NCBI RefSeq assembly: GCF_006345805.1
Contig: NC_043011.1
Span: 48,682,464-48,746,463 of the forward strand
From: Octopus sinensis
Lineage: Eukaryota
Reading direction: 5' to 3'
Length of the DNA stretch: 64,000 nt
Positions 51,681 to 64,000 of this stretch are shown here, piece after piece. Position 1 is the stretch's first letter; each line of letters begins with the position of its first letter. A model generated the notes under the pieces. That model did not search any database. It was not told where the DNA came from and saw nothing but the letters and a program-made list of their open reading frames with translations. A program made the translations under genes and the position numbers.

Positions 51681-52329
51681 GTAGCGGCACAAGCAGTCAG
51701 CACCATATTGGATGAGATCTCACAGCAACCATTGCTATCTCCGAGACTGGAGTGAGACCTCATCTGCATCCATTTGCCATGCACAAAATCACAACAAGGC
51801 TCATGATGGCAAACTGTATATAAGCACAAAACAGAAACAGATTCAACCTCTCTTTCACCGTCTATCTTTCGCCGCCTCTCTTTCCGCCTCTTAGCAGCAG
51901 CGCTGGCTGAGCACACTACATTGGCTGGGCCTGTCTGTATGTTGTACATCCAGAGGCAATGCACCCGCAACTAACAGAGCTACTACACAATGCACACAGC
52001 TAAAGATGGTTGCTGAGAGTAGCACACTTCACCTATCCTGTGAAACCTGTAAATAAACCAGTTGTAAATTGCATTTTTACTTGAAGTCTTCTCTCTTCGC
52101 CTGCATGAAGAACAAAAAGAGATTATGGAGGAAGGTGATATTCTCCCGATATCGTAATCCTTGCCATCCATTATAGCAGTATTTCTAGAGCATTGTGCTA
52201 ATAGATTGCACCCTAATATTTGGTTATAATTTCTAAGTACAAAAACCAGCTTTACTTGAGCTAACTGGTTCTAAACAACAATAATAACAATGTTAAAATT
52301 CGATTTGTGTGTTTGCTGGATTCATATCA

Positions 52330-52535
52330 CTTACTCTTTTACTTGCTTCAGTCATTTGACTGTGGCCATGCTGGAGCACTGACTTTTAGTCGAGCAAATC
52401 GACCCCAGGGCTTATTCTTTGGAAGCCTAGTACTTATTTTATCGGTCTCTTTTGCCGAACTGCTAAGTTACGGGGACATAAACACACCAGCATTGGTTGT
52501 GAAGCGATGTTGGGGGGACAAACACTGACACACAA

Positions 52536-52608
<73 letters not shown>

Positions 52609-52790
52609 CATATATATATACATATATATATATATGGGCTTCTTTCAGTTTTCATCTATCAAATCCACTGACAAGGCTTTGGTCGGCCCAAGGCTATAGC
52701 AGGAGGCACTTGCCCAAGGTGCATGCAGTGGGACTGAACCAGGAACCATATTGTTGGTAAGCAAGCTACTTACCACACAGCCACTCCTAT
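52330..52790 (-). mobile_element. SINE family A
   Basis: Full-length reverse copy. Confidence 0.9.
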
Positions 52791-53626
52791 GCCTATAATA
52801 GATGTTATAACTCTTATGCTTAGCAATTCCATATCTCTGACAGAGATTATAATTCCTGCATTTATTTACCAACCATACACCCCTGTACGGTAGTCGTAAC
52901 TGCTGTATTTGTAAGATCTATATCTCTGTATGAGAGTTATTACTTTTACGATTGTAAGATCTACATCTTTGCAGGGAGGATATAAATGCTTTATTTATGA
53001 GATCTCCACCTTTCAGATACATATCTCAATATGGTGGTTATAATGCTAATATTGTTCGATAACAACGCTAGAAATATATCCATATATAAAGTTAATTTCA
53101 GATGTCTATGTGTTGTGGCTGTAGTTATCGGATAGTCTATTTCTAAGCTGCTCTGTGGAAGCCACTTAATGAATTATGGTTGAGGTACTGGCTTGGCTTT
53201 TATTTTTGGACATTCAGTATTATTTTCCCAAAAATTCTTACTTTGATTAAGAAGCAAAATAACCAGCACTCTATGGGTAATGATGATGAGGGTTCCAGTT
53301 GATTCAGTCAATGGAACAGCCCACCCGTGAAATTAACATGCAAGGGGTTAAGCATTCCACAGACACGTGTATTCCTAATGTAGTTCTCAGGGAGATTCAG
53401 TGTGACACAGAATGTGACAAGGCTGGCTCTTTTCAATTACAGGTAAAACTCATTGCTGCCGTTTAGGTGGAATGGGAGCAACATGTAATGAAGTGTCTTG
53501 CTCAAGGACGCAATGTATTGCTAGATATCAAACTCATGACCTTATGATCCTGAGCCAAATACCCTAACCACTTGGACCCATACCTTCACTTACTGTAATT
53601 AATAACCTAGAGGAAATGGTGTGGGA

Positions 53627-53919
53627 CAGTGGTGCTTAACCCTCTTTTAGCTACGGAACCCTTTCATTTCTATTTTATGCTACTGGGCCTCCATAGCCAT
53701 TCGATATGTATAACAAAAATCCTGCTGTTTACTCTTTACTCTTTTACTTGTTTCACTCATTTGACAGTGGCTATGCTGGAGCACTGCCTTTAGTCAAGCA
53801 AATCGAACCCAAGGCTTGTTCTTTGTAAGTCTAGTACTTATTCTATCAGTCTCTTTTGTTGAACTGCTAGATTACATGGCATAAACGATGTTGAGACAAA
53901 CACAGACACACAAACATAT

Positions 53920-53963
<44 letters not shown>

Positions 53964-54290
53964 GATGGGCTTCTTTCAGTTTCCGTCTACCAAATCCACT
54001 CACAAGGTTTTGGTTGGCTTGAGGCTATAGCAGAAGACACTTGCCCAAGGTGCCACGAAGTGGGACTGAACCCGGAACCATGTGGTTCGTAAGCAAGCTA
54101 CTTACCACACAGCCACTCATACACCTGTTTATTTATAATTATTATTAGGAATTATATTTAAAAAATTACAATATTTTGTGTATAGTAGATGTATAACCAA
54201 TTTATTGCAGATAAATTTAACTACTAAAATCTTACATGGACCCCCCACCCCCACCCTCAGGGCCATATGGACCCCGGTTGAGAACCACTG
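53627..54290. mobile_element. hAT (Charlie-like) MITE containing a nested family A SINE (53728-54120, minus)
   Basis: TIRs CAGTGGTGCTTAACC / GGTTGAGAACCACTG; 8-bp flanks GTGTGGGA / GTGTAGAA. Confidence 0.8.
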
Positions 54291-55014
54291 GTGTAGAATA
54301 AAAAGTAAAGACAGTAAGGTTGTATCTTGGTTTGAGTTTTCAGTTGAAGTTCATTTCTCAATTATACCGTTAATGCCATGAGGTTTTGATGTCTTCACTG
54401 ATTAGCTCCAAATGAGATTTGATTTTGTGATCCATTCTAGTTATTTCTTTTATTCTAAAGCAGTGTTGCTTCACTACATCATCTAATGTGTTCTTCCTCT
54501 TTAAAAACAGGTTTTGATTTAAAAGAGATTTGCTACTATTTGCTACATCTTATTTGATGCTGTTTGCGTTCATGGTAGCGTTATTGCTTAGACTTACAAG
54601 ATGTATTGACAAAATAGCAATTCCTTTAACAGCTTGCTGGTTTTATGGTTTTAAACAAATGTGATAGAGATATCTGTCTGTATAGTATACCAGTCCATCA
54701 CAATTTATAGTTCGGAACACAATGGAAAACTTATTGCTGACAGGTAATAGATTTGTGAGCTTTGGGAACTATCCACAGAGTGAGAGAGGTGAAAATGGGA
54801 GATGGAGAAAGACAGACAGTGGGGGACAGAGACGAAACAATGAAATGATATCCAATCTGTCATATATCTGAAATCAAGACCAATCAATTAATCAAGCCAA
54901 CAGTATATCTCATACATCAAATATGGGGAAACCCTCCATGGCATAAGTAACCCACATAAAAATTTGAATTACTCACAAGCAAATTTCCCTAAAATCTCAT
55001 ATTGAAAAGAAATC

Positions 55015-55422
55015 TTATACTCTTTTACTCTTTTACTTGTTTCAGTCACTTGACTGTGGCCATGCTGGAGCACCACCTTCAGTAGAGCAAATCAACCATG
55101 GACATATTCTTTGTAAGCCTAGTACTTATTCTATCGATGTGTTTTGCCGAACCACTAAGTTACGGGGATGTAAACACACCAGCATCGGTTGTCAAGTGAT
55201 GCTGGGGAGACAAACACAGACACACAAACATATACAGTATACACATACATACATACATACATACGACAGGCTTCTTTCAGTTTCCGTCTACCAAATCCAC
55301 TCACAAGGCTTTGGTTGGCCTGAGGCTATAGTAGAAGACACTTGTCCAAGGTGCCACGCAGTGGGACTGAACCCGGAACCAAGTGGTTCGTAAGCAAGCT
55401 ACTTACCACACAGCCACTCCTA
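55015..55422 (-). mobile_element. SINE family A
   Basis: Full-length reverse copy. Confidence 0.9.
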
Positions 55423-55589
55423 CACCTATTCTATAGCTTAATACCAAATGAATAACGCAAGTTAAATATTTAATATAGATTTAATAAATACAAATTTCTA
55501 AACTTAAAGTTCCATTATTTTTCTCTGCACAGATGCAACCCCTGTAGGATTTTACTCAGATAGTAAATAAATCTCACACTCTTGTCCTA

Positions 55590-55930
55590 GGTGTTGGTAG
55601 TTTATCGGTGTCTGATAATTACAAAACCTGTGTTCCCAGTAATGACAGTGCTTGTGAGCCTGCAGTCCAAAGCAGGGAGCACACAGGCATCCACTGATGT
55701 TACAGCGATAGTCTGTTGACTGCAATGAGGTGCATGCTGTGAGACGCTATCACTGGTCCGCTTCGAAGGCACCTGCTACTAATGAGGTGGATGCTGCTCT
55801 GGGATGTCTCTTTCCCTTGCAATATTGAGACACTTTCACTGGTTCTCTTCAAAGGGACCCACTGCTCACGAGCCGTGAGATCTCCATGCTGATGAGTCTG
55901 TGGCAGAGGCTTCAAATTCATGTTGACTAA
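55590..55930 (+). pseudogene. Possible decayed RTE-type LINE ORF2 C-terminal fragment
   Basis: GC-rich island; one frame reads GIH*CYSDSLLTAMRC and PC**VCGRGFK, weakly like RTE GRP..RYKD.LK..L and the terminal CxxCGR zinc finger. Confidence 0.35.
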
Positions 55931-56021
55931 TTCCTTAGATAATGTCATCTGTTTTCTCATAACTATTAAAGAACTTTTGAGAGCTTTGTTTACTAATGGC
56001 ATTGTCTTGTATTGTTCTATA

Positions 56022-56223
56022 TTTTGGAGATGAGGAATTCTGTACATTATTTACATTGGACGGGTGTGTGTCCTCATCTTGTTTGTTGTTACCACAGTGT
56101 TTCAATTGACTTACCCTCCAGGCTTTATCAGGTGTCCTGGTAGAATTTTGATCCCAAAGGTATTTTTTGCTGATGCTATTATTATAATCATTTTTCAATT
56201 TCAGACAGTCCCTTGAATAAATG

Positions 56224-56299
<76 letters not shown>

Positions 56300-56460
56300 T
56301 AGCATCAGCAAAAAATGCCTTGGGAATGAGAACCCAGGGTTGGGTTCAAAATTCTTCCAGGACACCTGATAAAGGCTGGAGAGTAAATCAGCTGAAACGC
56401 TGTGGTAACAACAAGCAAGATGAAGACACATATACATCCAATGTAAATAATGTAAATAGT
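56022..56460. mobile_element. Inverted (head-to-head) pair of Penelope-like terminal repeats around (AAT)n
   Basis: Left arm 56022-56186 (minus) and right arm 56292-56460 (plus), homologous to 2590-2772; degenerate hammerheads at 56091-56136 and 56361-56406. Confidence 0.75.
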
Positions 56461-57169
56461 GTCACAATTTTAGTTTCTCGAGCAAAATTGACAGAAGCAT
56501 TTCCACTCATCATTAGTATCATTTAACATCCATTTTTCTATGCTCTCATGGGTCAGATAAAATTCGTTGTAAGACATCTCAACGCTTCTAAAGCAAACTT
56601 CGTTTGTTTGATTACATTCATTGTAATTTGAATTTAATTTATGATAGCGTTTCATAAAGCGAGATTTCTATATATCTTAAACTTGCAGAAGAATTTGTGG
56701 TGTGAGCAGTTTACCTTAATGGATCAGAGCACCATGATGCGTAATCATGGAGGTGTGAGTTCGAGTCTCATAGCTGGCTGCCAACACTTTTTTCTGCAAA
56801 ATAGGGGTAGCTTATCCTGTTCAGGCTATATTATTAGCATTATCCTACATTTGAGAATTTAAAATCAGTTTCTGTTTGACAAATCCACTCACAAAGCACT
56901 TTGCCAAGGTGCTATGCATTGAGATTGAATTTGAAACCACGAGATTAGTAAGCAAAGTTCTTATCCACACAGCCATGAATGCACCATCTATGTCCAACTA
57001 TAATAACAATAATAGCCATATCAAAGAAGAAAGAAACAATGACACAGCAGCCAGAGGAGGTTACAAATAATGAAGGTGTAACACAGCCAAAGGTGGTACC
57101 TTGGCATAACATAGCTTTAAACCTGAAGCAGGTTAAAGAGTTAAAGAGTTATACACACTATACACACAC

Positions 57170-57277
57170 ACATGTATATGTATATGTACATATACATATA
57201 TATATGTATGCAAATACATACATACATTTATGTTTATATACATACACCCATTTATACAGACACTCACAATATATACT

Positions 57278-57320
<43 letters not shown>

Positions 57321-57553
57321 GTACATATGTATATATATATATTTATATATATATATATATGTACATGTGTATATATATATATATTTATATATATATAATA
57401 TATAATATATATATATACATATTTATATATCTATATATATTTCTATATATCTATATCTATCTATATATATATTTCTATATTTATATCTATATATATGTAT
57501 TTATATATTTACACACACGCACACATATATATTTATTTACATATATATATTCA

Positions 57554-57601
<48 letters not shown>

Positions 57602-57858
57602 ATATATATATGTATATATGTACATATGTATATATATATATTTATATATATATATATATGTACATGTGTATATATATATATATTTATATATATATAAATA
57701 TATAATATATATATATACATATTTATATATCTATATATATATTTCTATATATCTATATCTATCTATATATATATTTCTATATTTATATCTATATATATGT
57801 ATTTATATATTACACACACGCACACATATATATTTATTTACATATATATATTCATATT

Positions 57859-57910
<52 letters not shown>

Positions 57911-57950
57911 GCATATATGTTCGTATGTATGTATATATGAATATATATAT
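57170..57950. repeat. (TA)-rich tract containing a ~298-bp tandem duplication
   Basis: gtacatatgt...acacacgcacac block occurs at ~57321 and ~57619. Confidence 0.9.
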
Positions 57951-58664
57951 GCTCAACAGATTTAGCTATTTAAGTCAAGTTACATAAATATTAAATTAAT
58001 CCAACCTGAAACTCCGCTTTTCCAAATAAAATTTAAAATAAAAATGAAAGTTTCTCCACTACCACATCAGCTCCACCACCACCACCCTTTCTTCCTCCAT
58101 CATCATCATCACCATCAACACTACTAGCAGCAGCAGCAGTAGCTTCATCATCATCATCATCATAATTTTCAATTTCAAAGTAAAATCGCATTTTTTTTGT
58201 ATAACAAAACAGAAAGGACATGAAAAAATATTTAAGGGAAATGACAACCAAAACAAAAACCAAAAAACAAAAAAAAAATTAATAAATACATGCTATCAGT
58301 TAATAAGCTTAGAAAGAGGTTCATATAGTTCCCTGGAATATTTGAAGCTAGCTTGAACATCATATATAACAAAAAAAAAGAAAATTGTGAAAGAAATAAA
58401 AAAAATAAAATTCGAAAATATTTTCGAAAGTTCAAAAAAATTAAAATGTCTAAAAAAAAAAAAATTCAGAAAGAAGAAATTTTCATCTGTTTGAATAAAA
58501 TTACATTACATAACATTGCAGCTTACTCTAAATTGTGTGCCATGAAATTCATTCCAGTAAATTCTATGAACATTCTGCTTTAATAACAACAACAACAACA
58601 ATATTAATAATAATAATATAATAATAATAATAATAATAATAAAAATAATAATAATAATAATAAC

Positions 58665-58696
<32 letters not shown>

Positions 58697-59080
58697 TGAT
58701 GATAAAAATAATAATAATAATAAAAATAATAATAATAAATTATTCTCTTCTTAGAAGTTCTAAATATTACTTCATGGATTCCCTTTGCAAAGATTAAATG
58801 CAAGACATTTAGAAAATGATGAACATTAATTCAAGCAGTTATGAAATTATTAAATGAAGTTTTTTTTTAATAAAAAAAATGGTTGAGAAGAAAGAAGAGA
58901 CATAAAATGCAAGTTTTTCTCACCTTGCAAAACTAATAATCGCAATTGTTTTTCTTTTTTACTTTTCAAAATTTGATTGAAAAACATTCATATATTTGTT
59001 GAAAAAGAAACTGTTGCAGTTTGGCTCATTATCAAACGTCATGTCTTCTATTTAATAAACAAAGTCCAACACAACAGAGA

Positions 59081-59290
59081 ATACCCTCCATCAGGCATTC
59101 GCTATATTCTGAATGCCTTACTTCCCTGGGCATGGATACATTGAAACTCTGACATCTAGCAGCTGACTTGGCAGACACCCATAAAATTATTAACCATCTT
59201 ACAAACAATAACTCTAAACACTTTTTCAAACTCCACCTGTCTAACACCCGTGGACATGTTTACAAAGTCAGAAAACAGCACAGCTCCCAT
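59081..59290 (+). mobile_element. Older CR1-like LINE fragment
   Basis: Diverged homologue of 59621-59830 with in-frame stops. Confidence 0.8.
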
Positions 59291-59465
59291 TACCTAACGA
59301 TGTATGAAGCCAATTAGGCAGTCTCTACCTCAAGTATATCAAACTCATTTGTCTTAGTAGGCCAGAAGGAAGCATAATCTAAATTGGCCAGATAGGGGCA
59401 AGTAACCCTAAAGTCCTTATTTATGATGTACACCAAAGTAAATGCATCAAGAGGTTAATATACAT

Positions 59466-60014
59466 ATAAGACTTTTGTTAGCCGCTCTCCAGCCATCTAT
59501 TTAAAACTGTATACAGCTATGGTACGACCACACTTGGAATTCGCATCATCAGTTTGGAATCCCTATCTTGCTCAGAACATTGACCTCCTGGAATCTGTCC
59601 AGAGACGTGCAACCAAACGCATACCCTCCATCAGACACCTACCATATTCTGAGCGCCTTGTTTCCCTGGGCATGGATTCACTGAAGCTCCGGCGTCTGGC
59701 GATGGACTTGGTAAACACCCACAAGGTTATCAACCACCTCACCAACAACAACACTGAACACCTTTTTGATCTCCATGTGTCTAACACACGTGGACATGCC
59801 TACAAAGTCAGAAAACAGCACAGCTCCCATGACTTTCGGAAACATTTTTTCACGCTCAGGGTTGCTGAAGCGTGGAATAAACTGCCTGCGTCAGTTGTTG
59901 ACTGCCATGACACTGCATCCTTTAAGGCCCTCAAGCTTTCCGAAATCTGCCGAAACTACACCTGATTATATATACACTTTAGATGAGTTGTAGTGCACCT
60001 GGGCACTGTACACA

Positions 60015-60071
<57 letters not shown>

Positions 60072-60072
60072 A
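59466..60072 (+). mobile_element. 5'-truncated CR1-like LINE: ORF2 C-terminus, short 3'UTR, (ATT)n tail
   Basis: LYTAMVRPHLEFASSVWNPY...LESVQRRATK...LRRL...TRGH...FFTLRVAEAWNKLP is a typical CR1 RT C-terminus. Confidence 0.92.
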
Positions 60073-60163
60073 TAACTTCATTAACAATAAGGAAAAATAA
60101 GAATATGAGGTGTTAGTATATTACTTATTTTCCATAGCGATATGAAAGTAACTCATTTGTATG

Positions 60164-60207
<44 letters not shown>

Positions 60208-61592
60208 AGTCCAACCAAAATAGTGAGATCAGAGTTTGGAATTATTCAAATGATTATTTCTTTCTCCAATTTCACATACAGTTCCTGAGAAGACCAATGC
60301 TAAACAGAAAACTCCCTCTGTTTCAGACACAAAACCATCCAACATCATTTATATTAGTGGAACACATGCATGAATTTTTATATGGAAAACAATTCGACTT
60401 GGCTTAGTTTGTACAGTGAAAGTGAAGGGGAAATAAGTTACATCTTTGACAATATGGACTTTTAAGCTTCTTTCTCAATTGTTGAAAAAAAAAAAAAGCA
60501 AAAGATTCCTTCAGAAACACATATTTAACTAACTAGAACTGGTGCTAATCCTCTGTAATTTGGCTCTGGCTTTGAATACGTGCTGAATGTAGACAATGTA
60601 GAGAATATTTTAGATTTAAAAGTTGATAATTCATAATGTTTTTTATATAAAATTGATCCAGGTGCTGGGCTAAACATTGTCAACTGGATCTGGCACACAG
60701 GCTATATTTGAAACCTCTGCTCTAGATAGCTGCTTCACTTGCTAAAAAATAGCAGCTAAACTTCCTTAATATCACCCTACAATACAGCAAAGTAGATAAT
60801 CATTCCTACAAAACCAGCATAAAAAGACACCAAAACATTTAGAATTTTTCTTTAATGATGGTGTCTTTTGCATCAAGCAGACCATTATTCAAAAACGTGT
60901 ACCATACGGATGAATTCGGAACCAGAATATCAGGCACTGCTGCTTCATTTAACAGATCTGATTATGAGACTAAACATTTTTCAATATGTTATTTTCTATA
61001 AATAGATCATCCTTTCTTAAACATTTCTTGCGTTATATTTTTAAAAATTTTATTCTTTATTTCTTTACAGCAAATATCAAGAATTCTCCAAGCAATGTCT
61101 TCAAACTATATGCCAAAATTTACCGAAGCTTGTCGCTTCCAACCCATTTAGAATTTATTCTTATTCGCTCTCTTCTTTTTGAAAAAAAAAAAAAAAATCA
61201 GGGTGGGGGAAATGGAATTAGATATCAAGTAAAAAAGTAAATTTCGGAAAAGGAAAAAAAATCATTTTTTCTATGCATGAATGATTTCCAATCAAGAATA
61301 TTGGTTTCACGAAGGCTCAGAATCGTTCATGCAATAAAAACTACAGCTGTTTCTAAATACTACTGCTGTTATTTCAAAAACTGTTTGTTACTCATCTAAT
61401 AGACACACACAAAGAGACACATGCACACACAAACTTAGGGTGAAAAAGTACAGAAGAAAGAACTAAAATATTTAAAAGAAAAATTACCAACATAGTGGAG
61501 GTAATCGAAAGGAAGTTTAAGAAAATATTTAGAAGATATTATGGACCACTACATATCCTAAATATTTATGTATGAGATACATATATAGACAC

Positions 61593-61659
<67 letters not shown>

Positions 61660-61964
61660 ACTTATATTTATATATGTATGTATATATATATATATATATA
61701 TATACGCAGAACTTATATATATATATATGTATATATATACACCACACAACTTTATATATATATATGTATATACACACACACTCATACACATACAACTTAC
61801 ATTTATATATATGTGTGTGTATATATATATATATATATATAAAGATATATATAAATATATACTGACTCAAAACTTATATTTTCATATATATATATATATA
61901 TATGCATATATATACACACATGCACATAGACACACACAGACACACACACAACTTACATTTATAT

Positions 61965-62615
61965 ATGGCACATAAAAGGCACCATCCAATTGTGGCCATT
62001 GCCAGCCTCGTCTGGCCCCCCGTGCCGGTGGCACGTAAAAAGCACCATCCGATCATGGCCGTTTGTCAGCCTCGTCTGGCACCTGTGCAGGTGGCACATA
62101 AAAAGCACCCACTACACTCACGGACTGGTTGGCATTAGGAAGGGCATCCAGCTGTAGAAACACTGCCAGATCAGACTGGGCCTGGTGCAGCCTTCTGGCT
62201 TCCCAGACCCCAGCTGAACCGTCCAACCCATTCTAGCATGGAAAACGGACGTTAAACGATGATGATGATGATGATATATATGTGTGTGTAGATATATGTA
62301 TATATAGTGGCTGTGTGATAAGATACTTGATTCCCAACAAGGTCCAGAGTTCCCCCCCCCACTGTGTGGCACTTTGGGGTAACCGAAGCCTTGTGAGTGG
62401 ATTTAGTAGACAGAAACTGAAAGAAGTCCATCATGTATATATATATATGTATGTATATGTTTGTGTGTCTGTGTTTGCCACCCACCATCATTGCTTGACA
62501 ACCAATGTTGGGATGCTTATATCCCTGTAACTTAGATCCACAGTAAAAGAGACCATTAGAATAAGTATTAGGCTTACAAAAATTAAGTCCTGGGATAGAT
62601 TTGCTCGGCTAAAAG
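61965..62615 (+). mobile_element. SINE family B (61965-62275) followed by SINE family A (62305-62615)
   Basis: Family motifs as above. Confidence 0.85.
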
Positions 62616-63439
62616 TAGTACTCTGTATGTAAAGATAGATAGACTGACAGGTAGGCCAACAGATAGAGAGAGAGAGAGAGAGAGGGACAGATATGAAAAT
62701 AAATATAGAAAAACTGACAGATGGACAGATAGATAGAGAGAGAGAGACGGAATGATGGACAGACGGAAGGATGGATGGATAGAAAGATAGATAGATAGAA
62801 AAAAGTAGATAAATAGATGGATAGATGAATATAACCGTAGGTTTTGTGCGAATCTATTATGTACCTCCATTTATATAGCTTCCTAGTCACATCAGCACTC
62901 ACCACCCGTCCATATGTACTACAAAAATGACTTCGAAACACAAAAATGACATTGTTACAAATATTTGATTGTGGCCCTCAATCTAATCAACCTAAGTATC
63001 CTGACACGCACATATTGCCAGATATGCAATTTATTAAAGTGGCTTGCCACATTGCAAACATCAGTCACATGGTTCCAAGGGACTTTACTTGTTCCATAAA
63101 GGAAATAGTACCCCACCCATCAGTTGCAGTAGGTTTATATTTGTATATTTGTGGCCAAGAGGAAAATGCATTTTGTAATGCATAGAATATTGTCCTACTT
63201 TTTCTTCCTTTCTTATTAAATAAAAATGTCCAGTAGACTGGCATTTAATTTTGTTACAAAATTTTGCCAATATATATTTTCTTGGACATGTTCGTATTCA
63301 AAATTTGCCTGTTGTTGCAGACAAATGTGAAACTATTGGCATGTGCACTCATTTCTTTATTTGGCAAGGAAAATATTCATCTGACCATAGAAACCAATGC
63401 CAAAGTAGAATATAGGGCTTGGCGCAATCTTCTGACTTA

Positions 63440-63670
63440 TCAGATGATGATGATGATGAAGATGATGGCGATGACAACAACAACAATGATGATGATGATG
63501 ATGATGTTGATGATGATGATGATGATGATGATGCTGACGCTGATGACGATAATGATGCTGCTGCTGCTGATGCTGATGATGAGGATGACAATGGTGATGA
63601 TGGTGATCATGATGGTGATGATGACAACAATGATGATGATGAGGGTGATGATGATGATGATGATGACAAA
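63440..63670. repeat. Degenerate (GAT)n
   Basis: Direct reading. Confidence 0.95.
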
Positions 63671-63939
63671 TGCTTGTTTCTAGACTTTTAGTTATCATCC
63701 CTTGTTTCATACAGGCTCTGATTGATATAAAACATGCCATATGTAAATCCCATATAAAAAAAAACAAAAAAACTGGAAATGTTTATCACATAGGATACAT
63801 GAATTTCAGAGAAATATGTCCCATGTATCACATGTGAAACACAGGACAAGCAAAGGATTAAGAACTTTATAACAGACATACAGGAATTATCATTGTTTTT
63901 TGCAAAAATGATAGTATTTTGTTCAATATGTTTACTTAA

Positions 63940-64000
63940 CCCTTTTGTTACCAACCCAGCTGAAACCGGCTCTGGCTCTGAGTACAAATATCTTGTTTTC
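63940..64000. mobile_element. Start of a piggyBac-like MITE (family of 1331-1550, opposite orientation), truncated by the window end
   Basis: TTAA at 63936-63939, then CCCTTTTG...cagctgaaaccggctctggctctgagt, the reverse complement of 1508-1550. Confidence 0.75.

Noticed and set aside
55533-55660. TNFR-like cysteine-rich exon (CNPC..GFYSD...TCVPSNDSAC)
   Set aside because: It requires two frameshifts and a stop within 130 nt; the resemblance is probably chance.
55886-55920. Hammerhead or box C/D snoRNA from CTGATGA
   Set aside because: No GAAA after the short stem, and no terminal stem or properly spaced D box.
4587-63767. Most ORF-track entries (poly-YI, CV, HT, K, N, M, H, P and SINE-derived ORFs)
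   Set aside because: They are translations of microsatellites or repeated SINE bodies, with no splice or domain support.
1-64000. Protocadherin, C2H2 zinc-finger or other expanded cephalopod gene families; intact transposase or RT
   Set aside because: No cadherin motifs, tandem C2H2 linkers or long intact ORFs on either strand.

Overview
Eukaryotic, AT-rich, repeat-dense intronic/intergenic DNA. The SINE families, microsatellite load and MITEs resemble octopus (coleoid cephalopod) genomic DNA; this is an inference from family recognition, and no database search was run. No protein-coding gene could be identified with confidence, and most ORF-track entries are translations of microsatellites or SINEs. 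The window contains about 40 tRNA-derived SINE copies or fragments of at least four families, with evidence of head/tail module shuffling. It also has decayed non-LTR fragments (R4/Dong-like restriction-like endonuclease, CR1, L2-like, RTE-like), Penelope-like terminal-repeat fragments carrying minimal hammerhead ribozyme motifs, three non-autonomous Helitron-like elements, TTAA (piggyBac-like), TA (mariner-like) and hAT-like MITEs, and many micro/minisatellites, several with higher-order repeats. Best leads: hammerhead motifs (one with a CCGACGA core, plus an inverted pair sharing a core mutation), several foldback hairpins that could form dsRNA, a textbook recursive-splice-like site on the minus strand, an unexplained ~182-bp array next to a CpG-rich segment, and a few orphan exon candidates.
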